From the NCBI RefSeq assembly GCF_009914755.1, contig NC_060928.1: 64,000 nt of DNA. One strand, written 5' to 3'. Numbering within the stretch: position 1 is the first letter of the stretch; each line of letters opens with the position of its first letter. The translations under genes and the position numbers were made by a program. Below, in pieces: positions 14,480 to 28,244 of this stretch. Origin of the DNA: the human T2T-CHM13v2.0 reference genome, Homo sapiens. The notes below the pieces were generated by a model. That model made no database searches, had not been told where the DNA came from, and saw nothing but the letters and a program-made list of their open reading frames with translations.

Positions 14480-16700
14480 AAACACCAGTTAGAGCACCGT
14501 ACAAAAATGAACTTCAACAAATTACACCGCTCATACATACAATGATTCTAATCAGATTTTTCTTACCTCTCCTCAAAGCTAAGCATCCCATGATAAATTT
14601 AAGGATATTGTCAAATAGAAAGAGACCAAGGAATCAGGTTAAAAAATTAAATTATAGGAAAAATAAAATATTTCCGGAGGAGAAACTTGACAAAAATATC
14701 TTCAGAAGAATAAAATAAAATATTCATGAGGTAAGTGTAATAAACTGCAAAAAGAAAATACAGAGACCAACTAAGAGTTCTTGCACTTAAAATATTATTT
14801 AAAATATTTGAATATAATACACATTTAAAAATTAGAGATCCATTCCAGGAAGTCCAAAATTTGAATAATGGGAGTTTCAGAGACAGAGTGTATAGAGGAA
14901 AGAAAGGAGTGGCCAAGAAAGTAATTCAAGAAAACTTTCCTAATCTGAAGGCCCTGAGTTTCCATATTAAAATTTTCTCCAAAGAGACTACAAAAATCAA
15001 GAAAATAGACTCACCAAAGCACATCATCGTGAAAATTTAGAGCACTGAGAACAAAGAAAATTCTACAAAAGTTGAGAGAAAATAAGTTTATGTGGTGTAT
15101 CAAAAATCATATTGGCGTTAGATTTTCTACAGTGACAAAGGAAGAATGCCTTCAAAATTCTAAGGGAAAATTGTTTCCATTTAAAATTTTCTTTCTAGGA
15201 AGCCATGAAAAAAGAGAATCTCTGGATCTGCAGTTTCCTCCACTATCTACATAGAGCTATTGGCATTTGAAATGTGGCTAGTGTGAATTGAGATGTAATA
15301 TCAGTAAAAAATATACACTAGATGTCAAACACCTGTTACAGAAAAGAGTGCAAAATACTTCATTAATAATTTTTACACTTATTATATGTTAAAATGTTGA
15401 TAGTTTTGATATGTTGAAATAAATGTATTATGGAAATTAATTATATATGTATCTTTGTTTGCTGTATCTATTAGAAAAAGTATGAGTAATATATGTGGCT
15501 CACATTGTATATCCATTGGACAATTCTTCTAAAAAGGATGGATAAATGAGAGCTCAAGCCAAGATCTCTGGAGCAGTCTTATAAACAAATTGCCTAAATT
15601 GGAGCAGATCAGAGGATCCAAAAAATCTTTTCCAAGTGATGAAACTAACAGATGAAATAGAATAGATTGAGAGAATATTTATACTACTTTGGAAGAATTT
15701 TCAGTTGAATTAGTAATAAGCACATAGAAAAAAAAACAAGCAATTAAGAAACAAGACAAATTTAAAGATAAAATAAAATATTATGTAGTGAAGGAAATAT
15801 CAACATAGTATTACATGGCTCAGCTGTGAATATTATTTACACAGACATGATAAAAACAATGATTACTGACCTAAGCAAAGTTAGGATATGAAGAATTATA
15901 TCCTAATTTGGTAGGATAAGACACAGGAAGTGTTCATGTGTGTAATGAGGGCTGCAGATTATGACACAGAGTCACTCATATTCCATGACGGCATGAAAAA
16001 ATTGAGTACCTAAATTTAGACAACCAAAATTGACAATATAAGAATTTTATTCATAGAGATAGAGGTGGATATCAAAAAAATCAACAAAAAGAGTTACAAG
16101 TAATTTGTCCTTGGAAGTAGAAAATAAAAGAGAAGGGCAGATAGGCAACTACTATTTTTTACAACATACCATTTGGGTGTCTAAATTATGTGCAAGTTAT
16201 AATTAGATTAAAATTTAACATATGTAAAACAAAAAATAAACAAAGAATAACAAGGTATTCATAGAAGAAAGTCAAAATATAAAGTAACATATTGAAAAAA
16301 ATTCGAGGTTTTTAATTGAAATTGAAATGGTATAACTTTGAATCCATCAAATTCGTGAAAATTAAAGAGATTACTATCCAGTGCTCATTATTATGTGGAT
16401 AAATAGGCTCTTACATGTGTTGCTAATGAAGGGTGAATTGCTGGAAATGGTTATGGAAAATAAACCTTGCGCTGTCTAATAAAATTACTTCTTCATCCAA
16501 CAATCCCATTTTGAGGAATTGTTTTCACAAATATAAATGATAATAGAAAAGACTTATTAATAAGTATATTGCATCTATATTATGGAATATTAAGCATCTA
16601 TTTAAAGAATTTATTAAATCTATATGCATCAAAGCAAGAAATAACCCTTTACAGATTTTAATTGAAAAAGTAATACTAAGCACAATGTCTTTAGTGTATT
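14480..16700 (+). mobile_element. Very old L1-family (L1ME/HAL1-like) fragments
   Basis: A-rich ORF1-like motif 'aattcaagaaaactttcctaatctgaag...cacatcatcgtgaaaattt'; boundaries approximate. Confidence 0.55.
15235..15526. mobile_element. MER33/MER3-like hAT-Charlie element
   Basis: 'gctattggcatttgaaatgtggctagtgtgaattgagatg...atatgtggctcacattgtatatccattggaca'. Confidence 0.75.
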
Positions 16701-18249
16701 CACTTTGTTAGAAAAAGAAAAAGGTAGGAGAGAAAGAACAAAGTTCCTCCACAAACATGTATTTATATGTCGTTATGTGAATATGTAGAAAAACAGATTA
16801 ATATGTTGCAAATTGTTGATTTCAGTACTATTAGCAGCCGTGGGACACAAATGTTTTTTTCTGTACGTGTTACTTAGCAAAATCTTAATGATAAGCAACA
16901 GAAATTCTCACGTTCTTGTCATACCTTAATAAGACTTCAGTTTTCAACACCTATAAACTTAGATTGAATTTATGTTTACTCATCTATCTATCTGATAGTC
17001 TGTAAATTTGGTTTAACGATCTACGAAATTCTTCATGTTCTATCACTTTGATCCACAAAATGGCAATATCATATACTTCAACCTATTATTCACCTGTTTT
17101 TTTTTTGTTTGTTTTGCTTTTTTGTCTATTTCACCCTGGGAATATAGAAGTTCTCTGAGGGCAAAGGCTTTGTCTATTTGTTCACTTTACCCCTAGTGCT
17201 AAAATAGTACATGGCTCATAGTGAGAACTGGGTTAAAAGTTTGTTTAGATTATGTATGAATGAGTAAGGTAGCATGTCTCATTTTTCTGGCTTAAATAGA
17301 AAATATAAAATTTTCAAATATCAAATCTTTAAAATATCTAAATATATTTGTATTTCCTCTTTAAGCAAATAGTTGTTTACGATGTGAAATTGATGGTTCA
17401 ACTGCAAAGTATTGTTATTCCCTAAATTTTTATATGTGATTTCCAGTTTTACTATGTCATCAAAAATGTGGACTGTGAATTTTCAGCTTTGGCAACTTTG
17501 GCCAAATTTATTATTGTTTATAAAATCTGATATCACTTAAGAAAACATGCAGGTTTTTCTTGTAGAGTACCCAATTCATACATATCTATTATTTCAAGTT
17601 TATTTAACTAAAATACTTGAATTTTTATTAATCATAAGCTAGTGATGATGCTTCATGCTATGGTTAATTCTTTTTAATCTCTCTTTGTAAATACTGTGCA
17701 AATGTTCATTATCTAAAGTTTACAGCTATTAAGTATCTAATATAAATTGTGGTATCTGTCAATAAGGAATGCCCCTTTTGGTCATCTGGTCTCAATGACC
17801 TTCATTCCAATAACATCTTTAAAAAAATAAAACAGGTTTCTAGTTATTAGACTATCTTCTTAAAATTTAAATGATAAAAACTACAAGGATCTAATAGGTC
17901 TTAAAAACTCTTGTATATATTTTTGTCCAAAAATGTATCTCTACTCTTTTTCCCAGTAACATTTTACTACAACAAAAATTACAATGTATGAAAGTGGAAT
18001 GAAGTGGTACTGATTTATATGCAGTCAATGGCACAACTGAACTGCATAACTATTCTTATAAATTTTATATTTTACTTTGGGTACAAAACAAAACAAACAG
18101 AGCAATCCTTGATCTTTTTTGGTATTTGTCTGATTTAGTTCCAGGTCCTCAAAGTGTCAGCTGGCTTTCTTCCGCATCATTAATCCTTTAGAGAGAGGAA
18201 AAAAAAAGAGAGTGGAAAAGAAAATAATTTTCAAAAATAAATGTGTTTT

Positions 18250-18500
18250 TATATATGTAATAGACATGCATATATACATATACATATGTAATAGACATGC
18301 ATATATACATATGTAATATATTTACATAAATATACATATGTAATAGACATTCATATATACATATGTAATGTACATACATAAATATACATATGTAATAGAT
18401 ATTCATATATACATATGCACATATATATGTAAACCCCGTGTGTGCGTGTATGTGTGTTTATGGAGAGAGAGAGACAGAGACAGAGAGACAAAGACAGAGA
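18250..18500. repeat. AT-rich ~25-bp minisatellite (atatacatatgtaatagacat-like) followed by TG and GA/GACA repeats
   Basis: Directly visible degenerate tandem copies. Confidence 0.85.
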
Positions 18501-19209
18501 GAGCTTGAAATGCATTCTTCCTTCACTGGAAGACAGGCCACTCTGCTTATTTCCCAGGCTCTCCAGGCAAACATGGGTCATCTGTTTTTACTTGTATTCA
18601 GTTTTTGTGATGATTGTTGGAGAGATTAGGTGGAGTAAACCACACAGATGACATTATCTCCCTTGCAATTTTCTAAAATGTAATGTGATTTTCCTGTCAA
18701 CCTTTCTGTGGACTTGTCTCTAAACTAAACTACGCTAACATATATATTAAGATATTAATAGATCTTTGTTATTGCCACAAATATTATTCCAACAACAAAT
18801 TATCACACTTAAACAAGGCCTAAAACAAATCAAGTACACGAATGAGTGATTATCTAGAGCACTCAGTAAGGAGGCCAGAATTTGCTATTTTTGTTTACTG
18901 TGCATTTTTTTGTCATAGATTTCTCCATACACTGCTGAAAATTCATGCCTTCAAAACCAGAAAATCCTTTATCTTTTTCTTCACAGGTGGTAGAAGACTA
19001 CATAATTTTTCTCTAAAGAAAGAAAATCACAGCACAGAAAATTAATTTCCAAGACCATTAACTAAAAAATGAAATTCTGCTGAGTTCACACCACAGGAAC
19101 TAGACTATGCTGCTCTATATAGTATTAGTTCTTATAAGTCTCCCATCATAAAATAAGCTAATATGTCTCTCCATTCACTTAGTAGTACACAATGTGATAT
19201 CAATCAACA

Positions 19210-19560
19210 CTTTCATTCATTTAATGAAAGTTGATTAAGCACCTTAAATGTGCTGGGCATCACTCCAGCCACTGGAGATAAGAACGATAAACAAAACAGA
19301 CAAACTCCTGCCTTCATGTGGCTTACTCTCTAGTGAGCAATTCAAATATGAAAAGTGTGTAAGTCACTGACAAGTGGTATGGAGAAAAGATAGCAGTAAA
19401 GGGGATGGTGGTGGGGGTGGTGAGTGCAATGTCAAATGGCTCCATCTGGGAAAGCATCAAGGGGAAGGGGCCATTTAAATAGAGATCTGAAGGAGATGAG
19501 GAAAGAAACCTTGTTAACATCTAGGGAGACACTTTCCAGGCAAAATGGGGGTATGCATAA
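19210..19560 (-). mobile_element. L2 fragment
   Basis: 'ttcattcattt...aagcacc...tgtgctgggcat...actggagata...acagacaaactcctgccttcatg'. Confidence 0.65.
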
Positions 19561-20222
19561 ATATTTGGGAAAAACTGTATATTTACTGATACAATTAGGC
19601 ATCAATTATCAAAGTGTTTGCAACTAAAAAGTCCATTTAACAAATATATTTTAATATAGATTCCTAACTAAGGACACTCCAATTCAATACATTAAAGCAA
19701 GCTTTGTTGTGATTTCCTAGGCCTGTCTCTTTCGTTGGCACACTTTGATACCTTCCCTACCGACTATGCTTTTCTAATCACCCTCTTACAGAAACTCACT
19801 CTCAAGAATAAGTATGGGATAGGTTGATTTACACTAAAAGGCATAGTAACTGATAATCCTCCAAGATTTAGCTACCTGTCTCCAGGAACATTTGAATTTT
19901 GAAAGTGCACCAAAATTCAAACCAAATAAATCCATTTAGAGCAGTGGTGTTTCAAGATTTAGCAAGAGGTAATAATGCTACTAATACAAGGAACGCAGGA
20001 GTAAAACTCTGGACTTGAAGGTACAAGTCTTCAAGTTCACTTCTTACTAAATTGCTGAGGGTTCTTTGACAAATCACACAAACTCTCATAGCCTAATCTT
20101 TCTACTTATAAAATTAAGGCATTATGTGGAATAACTATCAGACATCTGCAGCTACTGTCCAATATATTTATCTCAATGAGATTTTATAGGAGCCTTTTAA
20201 CAAAAGAAAACAACAAAGGAGG

Positions 20223-20576
20223 TGATATGATTTGGTTCTGTGTCCCCACCCAGATCTCAGCTTGTAGCTCCCATAATTCCCTCATTGTGGGAGATATCCA
20301 GTGGGGGATACCTGAATCATAGGGGTGGGTCTTTCCCTTGCTGTTCTCATGATAGTGAATAAATCTCACAAGATCTGATGGTTTTAAAAATGGGAGTTTC
20401 CCTGTGCAAACTCTCTTCTCTTGTCTGCCGCCATGTGAGATGTGCTTTTCACCTTTCGCCATTAGTGCAAGGCCTCCCCAACCACATGGAACTGTGAGTC
20501 CAATAAACCTCTTTCTTTTATAAATTACCCAATCTTGGATATGTCTTTATCAGCGATGTGAAAACAGACTAATACA
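20223..20576 (+). mobile_element. THE1 (A/B) MaLR solo LTR
   Basis: TGATATG...ACTAATACA; exact TSD ggagg (20218-20222, 20577-20581). Confidence 0.93.
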
Positions 20577-21339
20577 GGAGGACTATCTTATTCTGCTATG
20601 TCAGAGACTGAATGTCTAATCCAATGCCCTCTGGCTCTTAAGTACCCATTAAATTATAACTCTAATTTCAAATGAGACAGCCCTGTAACTAGGGTGGGGT
20701 AGACTAAAAAGTCCCATGGCTTTTATGTATTAAAAGTAAAATAGATGATGGGAAATGTCTTATGGGACCCACGTTGAATACAGTATATATTTTCTCAGTC
20801 AGCCAATTGCCTCTAAATTTGCTATTTATAATTTACTCAGTCTTAATTAGCAGGCTGCTCCCCAAGTCAACCCTGCTGCAGGCAGAACATGAAGTAGAAT
20901 ATAAAAAAAACAAGTGTTTCTGGTTGCTGAAAGCAAGCCATACATATTCATGGTGAAAACAGAAAATCATTTGCCAAACTGTGGACGGTAAATACAAATT
21001 AACCCTGCAATAAAAAGTGTAATATTTGCATTTTCAAGCCTTAGATCTCTCTGGGATTAATTAGGTGATCAATCTGAATTAGAGTTATCAGGAACAAAAT
21101 CTGGGCTTAGATTATGTGTGTTACTGTTTGGAGGAGGGGAGTTGTATTATTCATTATTTTTGCTTTCATTATAATTATTTGATCCCATCCTCAAAGACTG
21201 TTGTATAAACTGATTGATGAAATCCTTCTGTGAAAATATTTTACAAACTGTTCATGGCTACATAAATACAATGGGGTTTTATTGTTTCTATGTGTGCTCA
21301 ACAGAATAACAATGAAGAGATATATTGATAATCTGGAAG

Positions 21340-22100
21340 ATTCTCAAATTGTCTCTCTCCTGTCCATCCCCACTGTAACCTCCATGGCTTAGCTACTCAA
21401 CATTTCCTTTCTAGGGGAATGCAACAGCTTCTCCATTACTCTCTGGCTCCTGGCTCAAGGTTTGCTTCATTCTGGTCCATTCCCACAGTGCTGCGAGAGC
21501 AAATTTTCTGAGACCCAAATATGAAGTTAGATCATTTATAAAGTTTTGCCATGCCTTTGGATAAAATTCAACTTTCTTAGCTTGCCACAGATGATCCCTG
21601 TCCTGCCTACCTCTCCAGACTCATCTCCTGGCACTCAATCTGTCAACAATTCTTGACCAAGAATCAATTTTGTGCCAGGCACAATTCCAAGCCCTGCACA
21701 TTTCATTCTCCACATTTTAGCTTTATTAAATCATGTACATCCATTAAAAATATTGAGATCTCTAAGCCTTCTGTGCATTTTCACATTGTTGTTTCCCTGC
21801 GAAGAACACTCCCTTTTGCCTCTACATCTTGCTAAATTCTTATGGGTTAGGACTTGGATAGGAAATTCAATTCTATGGGAGGTCCTCTCTGACTTCACTT
21901 TGCCCACATTAGCGGTACTCCTCTCATGGCACTTACCAACCTGTATTATGTTTGTCAACTCTCTGGTTGTCTTTCTCCTTTCTTAAAATTCTTGCACCTT
22001 GAAAACAGAGACGGTGTCTGTTATTTCTGACTTGATAGTGCCCAGGAGAATCGCTGGCACACTGTAAATGGAAATAAATATGCAATCAATGGATGAATGC
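21340..22100 (+). mobile_element. L2 3' region
   Basis: L2-like motifs ending 'gtgcccaggagaatcgctggcacactgtaaatg...caatggatgaatg'. Confidence 0.65.
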
Positions 22101-22464
22101 CAGAGGGGAAACTCTCAAAGGTCCAGGACACCAAAAGTAAGTCATCAGTGATATCCAACTTCATAAAATAAATTTTTATTAATTATGAAGATATTCTGGA
22201 TAAAGGAAAACTTTTATGGTTTCTATTACTTATATCCTGTAAAATAACCTTGGCAATTTATTTCAAAATTTAATGTATCATTAGGAATCTATCCTTTGGT
22301 TTTAATTTACTAAAAACACTATCTTTGAAATCACAAGCTTAAAAAGGAATTATTTACCTCAGGATTTATCCATTTGGAAAGACAATTGGGAAGTTTTCTG
22401 AGGGCACCCAAAAAGATAAAGTGAGGGCTTAGGTTGGTCGGCATGGGGTGAAAACAAATTATAG

Positions 22465-23685
22465 TGAGAGGTGACAGCGTGCTGGCACTCCTCACACCCC
22501 TCACTCGCTCTTGGCGCCTCCTCTGCCTGGGCTCCCACTTTGGTGGCACTTGAGGAGGCCTTCAGCCCACGGCTGCACTGTGAGAGCCCCTTTCTGGGCT
22601 GGCCAAGGCGGGAGCCGGCTCCCTCAGCTTGCAGGGAGGTGTGGAGAGGGGCGCGAGCGGGAACCGGGGCTGCGCGCGGCGCTTGCGGGCCAGCTGGAGT
22701 TCCAGGTGGGCGTGGGCTTGGCGGGCCCCGCACTCGGAGCAGCCGGCCGGCCCTGCCGGCCCCGGGCAATGAGGGGCTTAGCACCCGGGCCAGCGGCTGC
22801 GGAGGGTGTACTGGGTCCCCCAGCAGTGCCATCCCACCGGCGCTGCGCTCGATTTCTCGCCGGGCCTTAGCTGCCTTCCCGCGGGGCAGGGCTCGGGACC
22901 TGCAGCCCGCCATGCCTGAGCCTCCCTACTCCGCCTCCGTGGGCTCCTGTGCAGCCTGAGCCTCCCCGACAAGCGCCGCCTCCTGCTCCAGGGCGCCCAG
23001 TCCCATCGACCACCCAAGGGCTGAGGAGTGCGGGCGCACGGCCCGGGACTGGCAGGCAGCTCCACCTGCAGCCCCGGTGCGGGATCCACTGGGTGAAGCC
23101 AGCTGGGCTCCTGAGTCTGGTGGGGACGTGGAGAACCTTTGTGTCTGGCTCAGGGATTGTAAACGCACCAATCAGCGCCCTGTCAAAACAGACCACTCGG
23201 CTCTACCAATCAGTAGGATGTGGGTGGGGCCAGATAAGAGAATAAAAGGAGGCTGCCCCAGCCAACAGTGGCAACCCGCTCCGGTCACCTTCCACATTGT
23301 GGGAGGTTTGTTCTTTCACTATTTGCAATAAATCTTGCTATTGCTCACTCTTTGGGACCACACTGCTTTTATGAGCTGTAACGCTCACCGCGAAGGTCTG
23401 CAGCTTCACCCCTGAAGCCAGCGAGACCACGAGCCCACCGGGAGGAACGAACAACTCCTGACGCGCCACCTTAAGAGCTGTAACACTCACTGCGAAGGTC
23501 TGCAGCTTCACTCCTGAGCCAGCGAGACCACGAACCCACCAGAAGGAAGAAACTCCGAGCACATCCGAACATCAGAAGGAATAAACTCCAGACGCGCCAC
23601 CTTAAGAGCTGTAACATTCACCACGAGGGTCCGCGGCTTCATTCTTGAGGTCAGTGAGACCAAGAACCCACCAATTCCGGACACA
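22465..23685 (+). mobile_element. LTR12C (ERV9) solo LTR, CpG-rich
   Basis: Starts TGAGAGGTGACAGCGTGCTGG, ends CCAATTCCGGACACA; exact 4-bp TSD atag (22461-22464, 23686-23689); U5 tandem repeats 'gagctgtaac...gcgaaggtctgcagcttcac'. Confidence 0.95.
23160..23335 (+). promoter_or_regulatory. ERV9 LTR core promoter and R-region polyA signal
   Basis: CCAAT at 23168 and 23206, GGGTGGGG at 23222, AGATAA at 23232, TATA-like AATAAAA at 23241, AATAAA at 23327. Confidence 0.7.
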
Positions 23686-23779
23686 ATAGGAGCAAAGTTT
23701 GGAGAGATTCCAAATGGAAAAGCAAGTTAGGACTTGAAAACACTGGTCAAACTGTAGGCAACACTCTAAACCAACTATG

Positions 23780-23975
23780 GGCTATAGTCAACTGTGGCCC
23801 GTAGGTAAAATCCAGACTGCTATCTAATCTAAATATGTTTTTTACAAATTTTAAATTGTTCCATTTTTAATAGTTATCTAGGTATCTATATAACATCCAT
23901 GTTTTTGCCTCTTTGTCTGCAAAGCATATAATATGTACTATCTGGCTGGTTACAGAATACATTTGCAAAGCCCTG
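23780..23975. mobile_element. MER58-like hAT-Charlie element
   Basis: 'caactgtggcccgtaggtaaaatccagac...tactatctggctggttacagaa...tttgcaaagccctg'. Confidence 0.5.
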
Positions 23976-25189
23976 GTGTACTAACAAAGGCCAAGAATGT
24001 GAGCGTGGAATAGGAGTGACACAGATCGGAAGAATGCAAGCAGAAGGTGGACATTTTTCTGAAGGGGCCCAATGAATTCAGACACACACTACACAGAAGC
24101 CCCTGGAATCACAATCATGTGTAAACAAGTTTCTTCACTTACATTGAAGAATATAGGAGATATCCACTCTTTATACATCTAATCAACCAACTGGTCTTAG
24201 GGAGAGTCTTATTTTAGAAGCCCACCAATAGTCCTGGAGATCCTGTAAGGGAGTTGGATGGGATAATCATAATATGAAATGAAGCAGAAAGAGAAAAGAT
24301 CTTTTCAGTAAAAGAAGAAAGTCAAAGAAACTTCTAGTCTTGAATACTTCTTCCTAGACATGAATAAAAGTGGATGATTTATTTTTGGCTGAGTCCCCTT
24401 CTGAAAAACACTGTGACAAAGAATGAATGTTTGGTGGCCATGTGAACTAAGAGTTCAATTCACTTTGGTCTACAAATCAAATTGTCAAAAGCTCACCCTA
24501 ATCTCATCCATCCTTCTCACTTATGATGTGTGCCCACTTAACTTAGGCTTTAAATTTATCTGCAATGATAACTTCTTGTCAACTTGATAAAATGTACAAA
24601 AAGACACCAGACTGAGTCAAAAATTGCTTTCACAAATGGCTTGAAAGTCATTGAGCTTTGTAAACATGAAAAACACATCTTGACTAAAGACATGTTCAGA
24701 ACTCTGGAGTGACACAATAACAGTTTTAAATCCTACAGTGCATTCCTCTTTTGTTCTCAAGAAAATGGGAGTGTATATAATGGAGTATATAATTGAAGCA
24801 ATTATGATGTGTTAAGTTCTAAGTGAAATATATGGAGATAATCTCTTTCTAATAGCCCTTAATTTAGGTGCCAGCACTATAATCTGCAAGTAACCCTTGT
24901 GGCTCTTAAAAAGTCATTTTTGACCTTGCATTTTTCTTCTCCTATTTAATTGTCTCTCCTCCACATCTTTATTTCTCAGAACAAAGCTGGGAGTGGTCCT
25001 CTAGGAGCAGCCCTCAGAGCTGCATCTAATTTAAAATATGGAATCTTTCATGCCATTATCCGAGGACTTACTACATATTAGACTGTGTATAAGCATTTCT
25101 TATAACAATTTGGCAAATTAGGGTTTCCAGCCCTCTGATGAGGAAACTGAAGCTCAGAGAGGTTAAGAAACATAACCATGTTGGTTTTG

Positions 25190-25787
25190 TGCTGTATCAG
25201 CATGGATAAAGCCGAAAATTGTGCTCCCCATAATTTCTTTTCTTGTATGGCTCCAGGTTAACATTGGTCAAAATGGTACTTGCACGAGATATAGAAGGTG
25301 GAAGCAAAACAACAGTCGTTCGTTTCCCCTAGAAGGTGGTTGCAATTAGATACCATGATAAACAGGAGAAGATTGCTTTTGCTCTCCTGTGCTCTAGGTA
25401 TATCTCATCTTCCAGAAGGCTGACCTGCTGATCAATAACGACCCAGGCCCACCACCAGAGAGCTGGCTTCACACAGCAGAGGGAGAAACTACACAAATAC
25501 AACAGCTCTCCATAGACCTCTCCACAAATCCCTTTTCTTTGGTCCCCAATAGGTATCTTGAATTGCTTGGCTTTTTATAATTCCCTGAAAACGCTGGCTT
25601 GCTGAACTATACCACTGCTTCAGGAAGAGTGGTGAGTGTTACTTTCTCTGACTTTTTGAACTCCTCTTCTAGACTTTTACTTCCCTAATGTTTCCCACAT
25701 TGGCTCGAGGTCCAATTCCTATAATAATTCCTCACTCCCAAGTACTCACTGTGGCTTTACTCGCTTGTCTCAACTCTGACTGATACA
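25190..25787. mobile_element. Old ERVL LTR (LTR33/LTR41-like), apparently splitting a MIR
   Basis: Ends 'ctctgactgataca'; MIR core 'gaggaaactgaagctcagagaggttaag' lies just upstream. Confidence 0.55.
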
Positions 25788-26359
25788 CACAACCAAGACC
25801 ATGAAGCAGACCCTAGGACAGTCACAGCTAAAGTCCATGCTCTTCTTTTCTATGGATTATGGTTTTTGGCTATCTTTATGTTTAAGGGGTGGTTCCAGGC
25901 CTACTTCCAGCCCTTAAAAGAGGGATAGAAAATGTAATAGTCACAGATCGCCACAACACAAGGCAGGAGGAACTAAAATTCATAAGAAAAGTGCAGGCAG
26001 AGCATTAAGGGCCTTCAAAGATAGAAGAGAAGATCTGCTAAATGGAGCCTTTGGAGATGAATGCTCCCTCAGCATTCACAGTGAAGAGAGTAGAGGTCAT
26101 CAGATGGAGAAGCACAGAGAATGAAGAAATTATGTAATAAGATGGCAATTTTTTTTCTAAAAAGCCAAATCTGGATTTCTATTGGGGAGAAAGCTAGATT
26201 AGTAGGAAAAAAATGCATATGTTACAAACTGAGCAAATAATGCTTCCCTCCCCTCAAGGGCTAGTGTGAAAAGTCTTAAAGAAAGGGGAAACTACTCTCA
26301 TTATGAAGGCAGAGGAATTTGAAATGGGGTTTGGGTATGGATGTGAAGTGCAGAAAAAT

Positions 26360-26535
26360 CAGGGAAAGGAGGAATGAGAAGGGGACAGAGGCAAGAAGAA
26401 AAGGAGAAGGAGGAAGAGGAAAAGGAGGAGGAGGCAAGAAAGTAAAGGACAGGAAAAAGGGGGAAGAACTTGAACAAAATAGGAAGGAAAGGAATAAAGA
26501 AGAAAAAAAAAAGCAAGTGGACAGAGAAGAGAAAA
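26360..26535. repeat. Purine-rich (GA/GGA) low-complexity tract
   Basis: Nearly pure A/G on the + strand. Confidence 0.8.
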
Positions 26536-26869
26536 TGATTCCCAGTGGCAGAAGGTTTTAATATGTAAATGCTCCTATATTAACCCCAAAGTTTACAAAA
26601 TAATTTTTTAAACTAAGTACATCATACGAGCAAAGTCTTGGATGTGAACACACAAGAGTTTAACATCAAGGTACAGTATTGCCAAGGAAAACTGATATGT
26701 CCCACTGGAATGCAAGAGCTTGAGGGTACAGGGAAGCTTGAAACAAGATCCACAGACTTGGCTGAAATCATGGGAAAGATTTTGGAACATCACAAGTCAT
26801 GGATTGGAGTTTCAGACAAGTTTAATGAGCTCTCTGGAGGGCAGGGGTACCCCATATGACATCTGTGTT

Positions 26870-27070
26870 ATTATAATTAGTTACCATACATTGAACATTC
26901 TAAGTACATATGCCATTTAGCCATCTCCAAAACCATAAAGTGTATACTATTATTATCTTCATTTTACTAATAAGAAAACAGAGCAGTTGAATAACTTCAT
27001 AAGATCACACAGCTTAAAAGGGTCAAAGATGATATTCAAACCAAGGTTTTTCTGATTCCAGAACCAGCAA
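26870..27070 (-). mobile_element. MIR
   Basis: 'tattattatcttcattttactaataagaaaacagag...aagatcacacagct...attcaaaccaagg'. Confidence 0.7.
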
Positions 27071-28244
27071 CTTAATCTTAATTCTCAATGACTTAGAAAC
27101 AGTTGCATGCACTATAGTCTCCTTTATTCTCTCTGACTCTGCACTATGTTGAAACCAGAACACTACATAAAATGTAGAATCTGCTATCAATTTTTCCAGG
27201 GCCACTTCTTATTATTGTTTCTTCAAATGAGACAAAGCTGCAAAATCACTGTTTCTTTTCATTAGGCACTTGGTAAGGGACTGTTCAGCTATCACAATAA
27301 AGCTAACATGATCTCAACCATTCTTATTAAGACAAGTGTTTTAAATTAAAAATTAACATCTTTGACACGTTAGAATGGTATATATTAACTCGAAGTCAGG
27401 TTTCTAAATAGGAAAAATATGAGATTAGCATGATCTAATGGACAAGGGGAAAGAACACCTTCTCTCATTCCTATCTTCTAACATGGAAGGAAATACTTCC
27501 TGTGCTTTTGCTTAAAATCAAAAAGCAGGGTTAAAAGGTCAAGTAAAAACAGAATGCAGTTGACAATAAGTTTAACCATACATTATAGGTATATATTTTT
27601 AACAGGTGACTTGATATGAGATTCTTATAAATCAGAAAGGAAATCCCCAATCATGGTTCCTATTACTCTGTCTTTTAACCATTGAAGACTAGTTTCTATT
27701 GAAAGTCTCTTTTGTGTTATTTTTATATAATGTTAGTGTCTGGCTTAAAGACTAAGAAATAGGCTGGTGCACTCTAAAATAACTGTTGAAGTATGAGACA
27801 CAGGATTCCCTGGATACTGGAGGTGCCTCATTTATCCTCCTTGTTAAATCACAGCCACCAAGTTGAAACTAAAAAAATAGAATTGCCCATTTCTTTGGCA
27901 CATATGTCATAAAATAAACAATTGATTTTATGTTTACGTGTTTGTGTTTCTGTTTTCACAATTTTAAGTACATCGCTTTTTGAGGTTTCTTTTTTTGTTT
28001 TTTGGTTTTTTTATGTGTTTGTTTTTAAGTTATTGAGTACAGATTGGAATGTTTGACTTAGATCAGGTGAGTCCCCTAAACTGGTAAATATTTACACACA
28101 TTTAACCTATAAATAAGTTCAGGACAATTGTCTGAGTTTTTAATTACTTATATTTTTTAATGTGTGTATCTAAAGCTGAGCATGCATATCTTATAATTAC
28201 CAGAAAAAACTTTCGATCCCCTTAGTTTTTGTTAAGATCTAGGG

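Noticed and set aside
22331-23562. Cluster of long ORFs (up to 184 aa) on both strands
   Set aside because: They lie almost entirely in GC-rich LTR12C, where stop codons are scarce; overlapping frames and no protein-family resemblance
23372-23640. Regularly spaced direct repeats resembling a CRISPR array
   Set aside because: These are the known U5 tandem repeats of ERV9 LTRs in eukaryotic DNA, and the spacers are homologous to each other
26638-26859. 73-aa ORF with natural-looking composition (MDVNTQEF...)
   Set aside because: Starts at TTG, matches no protein I recognise and has no clear splice-site pair
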